Shown: positions 34,842 to 44,159 of the stretch, piece after piece
How the letters are laid out: each line of letters opens with the position of its first letter
Numbering within the stretch: the stretch's first letter is position 1
DNA from: a virus
Length of the DNA stretch: 64,000 nt
Strand: one strand, 5' to 3'
IMG/VR virus record: IMGVR_UViG_3300033148_004740
Coordinates: 62,473-126,472 of that record
Notes under the pieces: generated by a model
Databases searched by the model: none
What the model was told of the DNA's origin: nothing
What the model saw: the letters and a program-made list of their open reading frames with translations, nothing else
Translations under genes and position numbers: made by a program

Positions 34842-34867
34842 TTAGCAATTCCTCCTTGTAAACATTC

Positions 34868-35587
34868 TTAAGTAGTATCCATCGCTGGGTTTAGTCTAAT
34901 GATGATTTCTTCGAGTGTCTTCTGCTTAAATGTGCTTACCTTTTCTGTCTTTACGAAGAAGTCGATCGGTCGGCCATACCATTTGTTCTCGTTTACTCGA
35001 ACAACAATATCGCTTCCCTGACCTTCCCAGAATACTCTATTGACGCCTTGCATAACAAACCACCAATTGTACTCTGCCATCAAACTCTCAAACCAAAGAG
35101 CGCGCCGGTTAGCTGCCTTATTGGTTCGAGCCCAACATGTGAAACGCACTACATTGTCGTACCAGAACCCAAAACTCAGGTTCTTGTACTTTGGATTCTC
35201 AGGGTCGTCTAACTCCTCTCTAAACATAGGTCTACGATTGTGGACCTTTGCTTGTCCAGGAGGACCCTGTCCAAAAGCTCCAGGCTGTCTACTGACCAAA
35301 CTGAAGGTGATTGACTCAGTCATAGACTTGACGTCAGGTTCCTCCTCAGTAAAGGTCACCCGGTTCTTTTGAGATGTTCCGGCTCTATCTTCATAGTTAT
35401 CTATAGCTTGGCGAACCAAATCATGAAATTCCAGAAGAGATTTCGCCTTGCCAACAGTTGTGGACTTCCCAGGTTGGTACCCGAACACGTCCTCAGTGAT
35501 CGCAGAATAGACTTGTTGGACTTCGATCCTCGGCCCATCATCTACCAGTTCTTCATCTAGAAGATCTAGAAGTAGACTATCTGTCAT
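34868..35587 (-). CDS. Tail completion / sheath terminator protein (gp15-like slot)
   Basis: Directly upstream of the sheath; YDNVVRFTCWARTNKAANRRALWFESLM resembles tail-terminator folds. Confidence 0.6.
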   Translation of the reverse strand: MTDSLLLDLLDEELVDDGPRIEVQQVYSAITEDVFGYQPGKSTTVGKAKSLLEFHDLVRQAIDNYEDRAGTSQKNRVTFTEEEPDVKSMTESITFSLVSRQPGAFGQGPPGQAKVHNRRPMFREELDDPENPKYKNLSFGFWYDNVVRFTCWARTNKAANRRALWFESLMAEYNWWFVMQGVNRVFWEGQGSDIVVRVNENKWYGRPIDFFVKTEKVSTFKQKTLEEIIIRLNPAMDTT

Positions 35588-36169
35588 TTAGCCAACTCCA
35601 TTAAGGAACTTCTTCTCTTCCTTATAGCAGTCGAGTTTCCAATACTCGAGCCTACCCTTGTCGGATCGCAAGTCCAATGCACTTGATATACGGTAAAGAG
35701 CTTCCCTCTGATATGGACGGACGGGCTGTCCCTCCTCATCCCTAACCAGCTCTACAATCTTGTCATCAGGGGTAATAGAAACGCTGGATCTCAGATAGAA
35801 TACCATAAGGGGCACGTTCATCAACCCAGGCGGAATGATTTGCTCCCTAATGGCCTGACCAATGTCACTACCGAGGACTACCCGATAGACACTGATAAAG
35901 GTTTCGTCCCAGAAGAAACCTTCACCATGACAAAAGGGACAAAAGGTATCGCGGTCGGGCTCATGAGTAACCAAATCAACACAGGGACATCCAAGTAAGA
36001 TACCATTATTCCTACGCATTTTACGTAGAACCGCTGGCTGACCCTTAGCTATCTCTGGCCATTTTCCATCAAGGAAGTTGATGAGCTCCTGTCTCATATT
36101 AGGTTCTGTTCGTCCGTCACCAAAAAGAGTTCTCTGAGCTGGGTTCTTGTCCCAAAAACGACTACTCAT
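35588..36169 (-). CDS. Head-closure / neck protein with a Cys4 cluster
   Basis: CPCVD...CPFCHGEG, then FYLRSSV.ITPDDKIVEL...YRISSALDLRSDKGRLEYWKL (stopper-like beta-barrel); neck position. Confidence 0.6.
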   Translation of the reverse strand: MSSRFWDKNPAQRTLFGDGRTEPNMRQELINFLDGKWPEIAKGQPAVLRKMRRNNGILLGCPCVDLVTHEPDRDTFCPFCHGEGFFWDETFISVYRVVLGSDIGQAIREQIIPPGLMNVPLMVFYLRSSVSITPDDKIVELVRDEEGQPVRPYQREALYRISSALDLRSDKGRLEYWKLDCYKEEKKFLNGVG

Positions 36170-36172
36170 TTT

Positions 36173-37156
36173 TTACCACCACTTCTTCCTATTAACGTTA
36201 TAGGTTCTTAAATGGCGACGATGACCCGTTGGTCTTACTCTAGTATTCGCAGCAGGATAACGTCTCGAGATGTCGCCAGAGTCAGTACTCTCCCAAGAGC
36301 GACTCACATCTGGTCTGTCAACATCCATCTCCCCCTTCACTACATAGGAGGGATTGGTTGCTGCCTTAGCCCAGCCGCCAGCAATCAACTGACCTTCCCA
36401 TCGGGCCATACACTCTCTCACTCTATTCATACTGTCTCTTACTGTATTAGAGTCATATTCTACACTTAGGTTATCAAGGGTCTTAGACCTGATCGTTCCT
36501 GCAGTAATGTTGTTAAGGAGAATAGATGAAGAGAAACAGGAAACATACTCACGGCGAGCATGTTCGTAAAGAGCCGTATTGATCTGGCCGATCTTAAAGG
36601 TGAGAACATTAGCCTCGAGACTAGCTTCTAAGATAGCAGTCTGAATAACGTCATCATAGAGGTCTACGATATGTCTACCAATCTCCAACCTGACCTTACG
36701 AACGTTGGTATAAGCAGGGCTAGTTGTAGTCATGAACTCAAAGATCTCTTCGTCCTCGAGCACGCTACCATCCTCTGCTTGGATCCCAGAAGCCAATGTC
36801 ACCTGGACTACATTGTTCACATTGAGCTGAGCAGGGAGACTGAAAATTTGGCCGGAGGCTGAGACGTTGAAGGCCATGACACCAGAGATTGTCTGGGCCG
36901 GCAGATCCCCTATCCACTGGTCATGCCAGGCACCACCAGGACCTATGCTAGGGACAGCATAGTCATACTCAAAGATACCTTCCCCAAAATAGGTAGCCAC
37001 ACCAGAGACGACTACAGCATTTGCTGGAACAAATTCCTCTGCATCAGGATCGTAGATATGGACAATAACATTCTGGGCCTGCTGGGATTTCCCTAGGTCG
37101 TCCTTGAACCTAGTCCGTAAAGTAATGGTATCTCCGGCCCTTACATTTCTACTCAA
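36173..37156 (-). CDS. Head-tail adaptor / neck protein with an N-terminal Ig-like domain
   Basis: TTG start with AGGAGG SD; C-terminal helical adaptor pattern (YTNVRKVRL...ARREYVSC...RSKTLDNLSVEY); N-terminal beta-sandwich (GEGIFEYDY...WHDQW). Confidence 0.6.
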   Translation of the reverse strand: MSRNVRAGDTITLRTRFKDDLGKSQQAQNVIVHIYDPDAEEFVPANAVVVSGVATYFGEGIFEYDYAVPSIGPGGAWHDQWIGDLPAQTISGVMAFNVSASGQIFSLPAQLNVNNVVQVTLASGIQAEDGSVLEDEEIFEFMTTTSPAYTNVRKVRLEIGRHIVDLYDDVIQTAILEASLEANVLTFKIGQINTALYEHARREYVSCFSSSILLNNITAGTIRSKTLDNLSVEYDSNTVRDSMNRVRECMARWEGQLIAGGWAKAATNPSYVVKGEMDVDRPDVSRSWESTDSGDISRRYPAANTRVRPTGHRRHLRTYNVNRKKWW

Positions 37157-37207
37157 CGGCCTGCCCTCCTATTAGTGTTGTTTGTCATTATATCTTAACT
37201 CTGTCTC

Positions 37208-40200
37208 TTAGCTAGCGGCGGCTGTACAGTCCAAATAATGAACAGTAATACGAACTGCTCCATCGTCAAAACCAGGATCCCCACCGATGGCAGTTAAACG
37301 AACCTCGTCTCCAGCCGCAAAATTTTGAATCGTCGAATTAGTCCAATCTGTATTGTCACTAGTTGTCCCAAGTGCCCCTGAGATTTCACTACCCCAATCT
37401 TCGTTACCAAAACCAGTAAGTGGAGCTATGCTATAACTATCTGCTCCTTCAATTGAGCTTGTTACACGAGTAGAAACTGCCACCACAACCGCGCCAGCTG
37501 GAATAAAAATGCCCGTAGTGGTGTCACTTGCACCATCCAAGCTACTCAAGACAGTACTAACAGATTTGATATTCAGAGTTTGGCTGTTAGATAAATCATT
37601 AGAAATTTCTATATCACCATCACCAAGAACAGCCATACGTGTATTGTCTCCATGTGTCTGCAACAAGATACTCCCTGTACTAGAGCTCCCAGCGTCTGCT
37701 TCTCCAGTTCTAATAGAGACATCACCAGTCTCTCCAACTGTATCGCTGTTTCCAGTCCATAGACGAAGTTCTCCACTATCATAATCACCTGCATTTTCAG
37801 AGTCCCCAGTCCTAATAGTTATCATTCCACTACTATATGCAGGAGATACATCATTTGTGCGGAGATCTAACGTGCCACGACCTGCGTTATAAAAATCAAC
37901 ATTCGAATCACTATAGAGTCTAAGGGCGGTTGAGGTGAAATAGGTAATAGGACCAATAGAAATTTTATTGCTGGCACCAAGTGCTAAGTCTAAACCGTCC
38001 CAGGTCAAGTTACTGTCACCGCTAACAGTATTTGAATCAGAAAAAACAGCTATCTCATTTTGTGCTGGAGTTTCAGCAGCATCGATAGCCACGCTAGTTT
38101 CCCATGCACATGTGCCGTCGCCCACGGCAGTCAATAGGTAACCATCAGCAATAGCAGTTGCTGCTAAATCATCGGCCTCAATCTCGTCTGCTCCACCATC
38201 ATGATGTCGTGAGCCATGGGCAGATACATCTACACCGTCAACATTTCCAGTGACTGTAATTGCTCCAGTAATGGCCAATGTCGACCCGTCCCATGTAAAA
38301 TTCGTATCACCTTCAATGCTGTCGCTACCGGTGAATACTGCAATACGGTCGTCTTCGCCATCCGTTGCATCAACGCCAGTCCCGCTGAGACCGGATGCAG
38401 TCAGGTCAATCTCGGCACCATCATGAGGCTTGTAGTACAAGGCGCCGTCAGTCTTGGCATAGAGAGCTCCATACCCGGCAGTGATACCGGTCGCTTCCGT
38501 AGCAAGTTCTTCCAGCTCAAGGAACCCGGTCGGAGTGATAGCCAGCCGTGTATTGGTGCCATGGGTTTGGAAGTAGATTCCACCCGCGTCAGCCACACCT
38601 ACAACAGCAGCACCGGTCCTTAATGTGATATCTCCTGTATTGCCGTCAGTGTCAGTTGTCGCACCTGTTACAAGGGTGATAGCCCCACTGGCATAGTCGC
38701 CCGCATTGGTCTGATCCCCCGTGTAGAAGTCGAGGGAACCAGAATCTATGGCAGTAGAGGCATCAGCAGTGAAGAACTCAGTATCTCCACCGATATAGTA
38801 ATTGTTCATTCGGCCAAGGGAGGCATAAAGAGACAGCCGATTCGCAGCAAAGTACGCACTGTCTATGCTTGTCGCCCAGGAGTTGGCTTTTACGTTGCCG
38901 AGGGCTCCGCCGGCATCCTGAAACGTAAGGAACGATGACCCAACAAGCAGGCGAAACGAGTACGTCCCTGCAGCGTTCCAGATCTTGAGCGCCCCATCGG
39001 CAGGCGCTGACAACCTCGTCAAGCCACCTAGCTGGACGGTACTATCGCTCGCATCGATGCGGAGCTGCTCGACTGTACCATGAGTCTGGAAGATAATGTC
39101 TCCCGCATCGGCAGCACCAACAACAGCAACACCCGTTTTTAGAATAATGCTTCCCGAATCACCGATGGTATTTGTCGTCGCACCCGTCTCGAGAGTAATC
39201 GAACCGCTATCGTAGTTGCCCACGTTGGTTTGATCACCGGTCCATAAGTGCAAAGAGCCACTATCACCAGTGAAAGAATGGTTGGACGAATAGATGTTGA
39301 GGCCCCAGTAGGTATGGCTTTGGTAAATTGAAGCATTCATCGCAGCAGAGAACTTCACTGCCGCGTCGCTTATATATGCAGTTGAGCCACAATAAAAAGC
39401 TGACCCCTGTACGGAAGCCGTATACCCATCCTCGTCTAGAACAATAAGTCGAGCATTTGTGGTTGAGGTATCAAGCCTGATGCCCTGGCCACTGGCTGCA
39501 TTGTTGATGATAAGATCACCGTCGGCAGGAGCCGTGAGTCTCGTCGTTCCTGCGAGCTGGATCCCGGACGTGGTTAGAGTGACGCCGTCCCAAGTGAAAG
39601 TAGAGTCGCCCTCGATTGTATCCCCATCCGTAAAAACAGCGATTTGATTATCAGCAGGTGAGCCAGAAGTATCTACGCCACCAGCAGCTTGTACGTCAAG
39701 GTCTACCCAATCGACTCCATCATGTCCCTGGAAGTTAGATCCATCCCACTGAATATCACCAGCTGTCGTTGAAGACGTAGAACCAACTCGGATACCGTTG
39801 GCGAACTGAACATCTTGGTTGAAATCGATCCGCATTGCTTCAAACAATCCAGTCGTGTTACCGGTACTAAACACCAGATCGGCGGACACCGAGTCCACAG
39901 CAGAACCGTTCTGGATGCACCTAATTCTAGCACCCTCATCCCAATTCGGCCCAGATGATCGAACACCTCGGAAATTGATTGATGCAAGAATATCTTCGTC
40001 AGCGGTAGCCGTGAGGGTTCCAACACTAGTTCCCCTGGAACGACGAAGGTCCAATGCACTGTAATCATTTGCTCCAGTACCATAAGCACTGACTCTCGTA
40101 GCACAGGTACTCACATTAGCAACCTCAAGCTTGCCTCCAGGCGAAGCAGTACCAATACCAATACCAACATTGCCCTCATAATCAAGCACCATATAATCTT

Positions 40201-41332
40201 GAAGATCTGAACCATCATTGGTGCGAAAGACTAGCTTGCCCTGGTCGTCTGCCCCGTTACGCTGTCCCTCAACTGTAGCAATAGTATTGCCACCGGAACC
40301 ATCTTTGAGAGTAAAGCTAATTGCGACACCAAAACCATCCACCATCACAGCATCAGTTTCGTGCACGATGTTGAGCGGCGACCTAGCAGTATTTGTGTAA
40401 GAGGCAGCATACTCCAATCGGCAAGAAGTCGAAGAATCACGGACAGTAAGCCGATTCCCTAAAGTTTCAGTGCCAATACCAACGCGCTGGCTGGAGTCGA
40501 TCCGCATGGCCTCTACGAACATAGAGCCGCTGTCAGTCTCAAAGATCAGTGCACCCTGGCCGTCTGCCCCATCCCGTATACCAGCGATAGCAGCAATTGA
40601 CTGGACAGCTCCGGGGTCCTTGATCGAAAACACAACACCGGCACCGAAGCCATCCACCATGTTTCCGTCAGTAACATGACGGACACTGAGTACAGACCGG
40701 TACACACTTGTGAGACTGGAAGAAAACTCAGCCAAAATTGGCCAATTTGCTGAAGCCGCGTTGTTAACGTATAGCTGATTGCTGTCCCAAGTCAGATTTG
40801 CATCACCTTCAAGGGTTCCATTACCAGTCCATACGGCAACCTGGTCATCAACTGGCGTATCTACCTTGGTAACAGCAATCAAGATGTGAGAATCTATCTG
40901 AGTATGGGTATTAGAACCAACATTTTGGATACTTAGATGGCTGATATCAGTAGTCAGATTATGTGTGTTAGTAATTAAGGCGTGATCAATATCGGTCGTT
41001 AGATTATGTGTATTGAGGATACTGTTGTGATCAATAGATGCTTCTGTAAAGTGAATATCAGTATCAGCAGCATGAGAAGTATAGTTAGAGCTAAGAGTAG
41101 AGACATCTACTCCATCTACATTACCGACATTGGTGACAGCGCTGGCCCCCATATCTAGGTCACCAGTCATTGCTCGAGAGCCAGTCACCAGCAAGTACTG
41201 AGTATGGTCGTCATCTAGAAGACCATCTAGTTCGCCATGGTTAGTGACAATCCCACTAACAGTGGTTCCTCCGCCGCTGGTCACGCCGAGAATATCATGT
41301 ATTCTCTTATGTTCCACAATAGGGTTAGGCAC
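37208..41332 (-). CDS. Long modular fibre protein (neck/collar or tail fibre), 1374 aa
   Basis: G/D/T/S-rich beta-repeats; HGELDGLLDDDHTQYLL and MTGDLDMG fibre motifs; several internally repeated modules. Confidence 0.75.
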   Translation of the reverse strand: MPNPIVEHKRIHDILGVTSGGGTTVSGIVTNHGELDGLLDDDHTQYLLVTGSRAMTGDLDMGASAVTNVGNVDGVDVSTLSSNYTSHAADTDIHFTEASIDHNSILNTHNLTTDIDHALITNTHNLTTDISHLSIQNVGSNTHTQIDSHILIAVTKVDTPVDDQVAVWTGNGTLEGDANLTWDSNQLYVNNAASANWPILAEFSSSLTSVYRSVLSVRHVTDGNMVDGFGAGVVFSIKDPGAVQSIAAIAGIRDGADGQGALIFETDSGSMFVEAMRIDSSQRVGIGTETLGNRLTVRDSSTSCRLEYAASYTNTARSPLNIVHETDAVMVDGFGVAISFTLKDGSGGNTIATVEGQRNGADDQGKLVFRTNDGSDLQDYMVLDYEGNVGIGIGTASPGGKLEVANVSTCATRVSAYGTGANDYSALDLRRSRGTSVGTLTATADEDILASINFRGVRSSGPNWDEGARIRCIQNGSAVDSVSADLVFSTGNTTGLFEAMRIDFNQDVQFANGIRVGSTSSTTAGDIQWDGSNFQGHDGVDWVDLDVQAAGGVDTSGSPADNQIAVFTDGDTIEGDSTFTWDGVTLTTSGIQLAGTTRLTAPADGDLIINNAASGQGIRLDTSTTNARLIVLDEDGYTASVQGSAFYCGSTAYISDAAVKFSAAMNASIYQSHTYWGLNIYSSNHSFTGDSGSLHLWTGDQTNVGNYDSGSITLETGATTNTIGDSGSIILKTGVAVVGAADAGDIIFQTHGTVEQLRIDASDSTVQLGGLTRLSAPADGALKIWNAAGTYSFRLLVGSSFLTFQDAGGALGNVKANSWATSIDSAYFAANRLSLYASLGRMNNYYIGGDTEFFTADASTAIDSGSLDFYTGDQTNAGDYASGAITLVTGATTDTDGNTGDITLRTGAAVVGVADAGGIYFQTHGTNTRLAITPTGFLELEELATEATGITAGYGALYAKTDGALYYKPHDGAEIDLTASGLSGTGVDATDGEDDRIAVFTGSDSIEGDTNFTWDGSTLAITGAITVTGNVDGVDVSAHGSRHHDGGADEIEADDLAATAIADGYLLTAVGDGTCAWETSVAIDAAETPAQNEIAVFSDSNTVSGDSNLTWDGLDLALGASNKISIGPITYFTSTALRLYSDSNVDFYNAGRGTLDLRTNDVSPAYSSGMITIRTGDSENAGDYDSGELRLWTGNSDTVGETGDVSIRTGEADAGSSSTGSILLQTHGDNTRMAVLGDGDIEISNDLSNSQTLNIKSVSTVLSSLDGASDTTTGIFIPAGAVVVAVSTRVTSSIEGADSYSIAPLTGFGNEDWGSEISGALGTTSDNTDWTNSTIQNFAAGDEVRLTAIGGDPGFDDGAVRITVHYLDCTAAAS
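37655..40865 (-). repeat. Three families of internal protein-level repeats in the fibre gene
   Basis: A: D.Q(I/V)AV(F/W)T...(T)IEGD..(F/L)TWD x4 (about 40786-40865, 39585-39660, 38285-38360, 37997-38065). B: TGD..N.G.Y.SG.I.L.TG...QTHG x3 (about 39075-39270, 38555-38740, 37655-37830). C: MVDGFG...GAD.QG.L.F.T x2 (about 40490-40710, 40170-40390). Confidence 0.8.
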
Positions 41333-41827
41333 TTATTTAGCTCCTAGATACTTAGCAAACGTCAGCAACTTTCTTCCTACCCACTCACCAAATGAACCAG
41401 ATACAACATGGTCTGTCCGAGCTGCGTCCCAAACAGCAGCAGCGATTTCGGTTGGAGTGATGACATTAATCAAACCTGCGCTATTTGCCGCACGAACCGA
41501 AACTTGGTTTGCATTAGTAACTTCGAGAACATTTGAGTTAGCACCAACTAGATTTACAACATACTGGCCATCTTCAAAGGTGACTGTATAGCCATTGATA
41601 ATCTCAATAATTCGAGCATAGGTTACGCCGCCCAAAAGAACCTCAGTATTATGATTGTGGGTATCAAGAAAAGGCATTCCCTCTGGGTCCCACTCTGCTG
41701 CTCTTAGCCAGAGGTGAAAATCATTGAGATCTAGTTCTCTAATTTCGGGAGGCCCTGCGTCAATCAACGTTAGGTCAGCCTTAGGGACAGTGATGACTCT
41801 TGTTCCCCAGTCAATTGAAATAGCCAT
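41333..41827 (-). CDS. Virion accessory protein, 164 aa
   Basis: Abuts the fibre gene; C-terminal IAAAVWD...GSFGEW motif is common in phage virion proteins. Confidence 0.55.
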   Translation of the reverse strand: MAISIDWGTRVITVPKADLTLIDAGPPEIRELDLNDFHLWLRAAEWDPEGMPFLDTHNHNTEVLLGGVTYARIIEIINGYTVTFEDGQYVVNLVGANSNVLEVTNANQVSVRAANSAGLINVITPTEIAAAVWDAARTDHVVSGSFGEWVGRKLLTFAKYLGAK

Positions 41828-41839
41828 CAGCTGCTCCTA

Positions 41840-42151
41840 TTAGTCTTCGTCGCCGGGGTCTGACTTTAGTCCTTTCTCCATTCGAAAGGCCTTGATCTTC
41901 GACCTAAGGCCAGCAATCTCTTGTTCTAGCTGTCTCTTTTCATTTGAGCTCTGCATCAAATGATTGGAGACAATTGTCTGCTGCTGGCTTATCCCCGCCT
42001 GTAGACTTTGTATTTGAACAGCTAGCTGGCGATTCTCTGCTGCAGCAATATTGAGAGCCTTATGTAGGTTCTCTACTGCCTCATTTGTTGAGGTGTGAAT
42101 CTCCTGCAGGCGCTTATACTTTACCTCTAACGGAATTTCTTTTTCAGACAT
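41840..42151 (-). CDS. Small coiled-coil protein (possible fibre-assembly chaperone)
   Basis: Continuous heptad pattern; start reassigned to ATG 42151, preceded by AAAGGGAG. Confidence 0.55.
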   Translation of the reverse strand: MSEKEIPLEVKYKRLQEIHTSTNEAVENLHKALNIAAAENRQLAVQIQSLQAGISQQQTIVSNHLMQSSNEKRQLEQEIAGLRSKIKAFRMEKGLKSDPGDED

Positions 42152-42199
42152 TGTACTCCCTTTCAAATTACTGACCTGTCGCTGCCTAGAATAGCACCA

Positions 42200-44056
42200 T
42201 TACTCATCCTTCACCAAGAAAGATGTTTGAGAGAAGCCTCCCGACCCAATTGCTCCTACCAGAGGAGCTGCCTTATAGAGAGGAGTTGTAGTCCCTCGGC
42301 GAACAATGCCCTCAACTGGCTGAGAGCTCGTATAGACAAATGCGATCGCGAGCTCGCCATCTATATCCGTATCTCCATCTAGGATAACTGCTGTAGCAGT
42401 TGGTGAGCCAGTAGCTGGCGAGTCAGGTGTACCAGTCACAGTATAGGTATAGGTACTTGCTCCAGTAACAGTTATCGTCGTGACAGAGTTATATTCCTGC
42501 TCTGCAGCCCCTTTAATCAAGACCTTATCGTCGGTCTCGAATGGATGAGAGGAGTGTGTCACAGTCGCTGTAGAGCCAGAGCGCTCAATGTCCACCGATA
42601 TCTGATAGGGTAGGTCACCACCAGTATCAGCAAGCAGGAGAGCACGAGCAGTCTCGATGTTCGTAAGTAAGGCAGCATCCTTTGCAATAATCTTCACCTC
42701 AACTTGGTTAACGTTCATAATAACTGTTGCGGTACCTGGAGCAGTCTTATAGGTAAAATTGCCATTGCCACCGAAGACATTGATAGTCACAGTGCCACTA
42801 GTACGCGCTACATAGATAGTCGAGTCGTCCTCTTCGTTACCTGCGTTAAAGCCAGTTGTTGTCCAACCACGTAGATTGATCGTTGTCGGAGAGCTGGTTC
42901 CGAGCTCGATTGCATGGTGAGCATTCGTTCCTTTGGAGAACGTCATGTCGTCCAGATAACCATCTGGATCTGTTGCTACATCCCAAATGAACGCTGAGGT
43001 ATTAGTTGCGACCGTGGAAGTGATGACCTTTGATCCTGTAAAGGTTCCACCGGCTGCCGTGATGGCTCCACACGAAGTCCAGATTGTATTGGTCGAGGTA
43101 GCGTTGGTACCGCCAAATACAAATGTATTCATCCCAGTAAACTGGCAGGCATCCCAGTTCAGATCTGCATCGACCCCGGCCGAAGAGAATGTCCCGGGGC
43201 AGTACGTACCAAGCGCGGTGAACTTGACGTTGGACCAGTCAATGCGCGAACTGGCATTGGTTACTACGATCGCGTTGAAGACATCGGCCGTTGCCTTGGG
43301 CGTGTCGGCAATCTTGATGTCGACATTGCTGTCTCGCATATCGACGATGTTGTTCGTGCCGAGTGACAGGAGCCCCTTCCACACGTAACTGCCGCCGACC
43401 TCCTGAAACAAACCCCACCTGGCAGCGACGGCATCGTTTGCTGCAGCAATCCCGGCGAACGTCGCATAGTTGTCCGCCCCCTCTCCGTACTCAACGATCA
43501 ACTCACCGCGACCCCACCGGAACACGTCGAGCCCAAACGGTCGCCCACGGGAAAGACCCGCAGCGATCGACATCGCTCCACCGAAGAACTGGTAGACGGT
43601 GGCCGATGGTGAGCCAACGCTGTCGTCCTCGGACTCTTCCGGGTTGACCACCACGTTCACCCAGCCGCCGTATGGGTTCGGCTCACGATCGCTGCCGCCA
43701 GTATCCCACGCGCGGAAGTCACCACGACTAGACCCGATGATCACCCGTTGCCCGCCAGCGGTGTAGATGGCGAGCGCGTTCGGCACACCGAAGAACTGCC
43801 ACACGAACAGGCAGTCCGTGCCGTCCCACGCGCTAATGTCGGTACCGTAGTCGGCGATCATCGTGCCCACGCCGGCCTTGGTACACTGCGCAGAGATGCA
43901 CTGGGCGCCGCCGTTCACGTTGGCGATGTAGTATTCGCCCTCATCATCCGGTGCGCCCTGGTCGTCCCAGGCAGCATTGGTCGACTCATCCCACGACGTT
44001 ACGTCTTCGGCATCATCGACTACAAGCAGATCCGTTGTATAGCTAGGTGCCGTCAT
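42200..44056 (-). CDS. Virion fibre/appendage protein, 618 aa, with a GC-rich N-terminal half
   Basis: beta-helix-like Gly/Thr/Asn stretch; C-terminal HPFETDDKVLIKGAAEQEYN...TYTYTV small beta-barrel motif seen in phage fibres; GGAG SD. Confidence 0.6.
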   Translation of the reverse strand: MTAPSYTTDLLVVDDAEDVTSWDESTNAAWDDQGAPDDEGEYYIANVNGGAQCISAQCTKAGVGTMIADYGTDISAWDGTDCLFVWQFFGVPNALAIYTAGGQRVIIGSSRGDFRAWDTGGSDREPNPYGGWVNVVVNPEESEDDSVGSPSATVYQFFGGAMSIAAGLSRGRPFGLDVFRWGRGELIVEYGEGADNYATFAGIAAANDAVAARWGLFQEVGGSYVWKGLLSLGTNNIVDMRDSNVDIKIADTPKATADVFNAIVVTNASSRIDWSNVKFTALGTYCPGTFSSAGVDADLNWDACQFTGMNTFVFGGTNATSTNTIWTSCGAITAAGGTFTGSKVITSTVATNTSAFIWDVATDPDGYLDDMTFSKGTNAHHAIELGTSSPTTINLRGWTTTGFNAGNEEDDSTIYVARTSGTVTINVFGGNGNFTYKTAPGTATVIMNVNQVEVKIIAKDAALLTNIETARALLLADTGGDLPYQISVDIERSGSTATVTHSSHPFETDDKVLIKGAAEQEYNSVTTITVTGASTYTYTVTGTPDSPATGSPTATAVILDGDTDIDGELAIAFVYTSSQPVEGIVRRGTTTPLYKAAPLVGAIGSGGFSQTSFLVKDE

Positions 44057-44075
44057 ACGATCTCCAGATCCCTAG

Positions 44076-44106
44076 GTCCAGGATCACCCGGCTGGTGACC
44101 CTGGAC
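44076..44106 (-). other. Intergenic RNA hairpin (13-bp stem with one G.U, 5-nt loop)
   Basis: Minus strand GTCCAGGGTCACC-AGCCG-GGTGATCCTGGAC in one of the longest intergenic gaps of the window; no U-tract. Confidence 0.55.
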
Positions 44107-44159
44107 ACGAGGAATAGCTTGCAACAGAGTGTGCATCCATCGCATTCCACAATTATTCC

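Noticed and set aside
37208-41332. Diversity-generating retroelement target or template repeats
   Set aside because: Repeats diverge at all base types rather than only at adenines; no near-identical ~100-bp TR/VR pair and no reverse transcriptase in the window.
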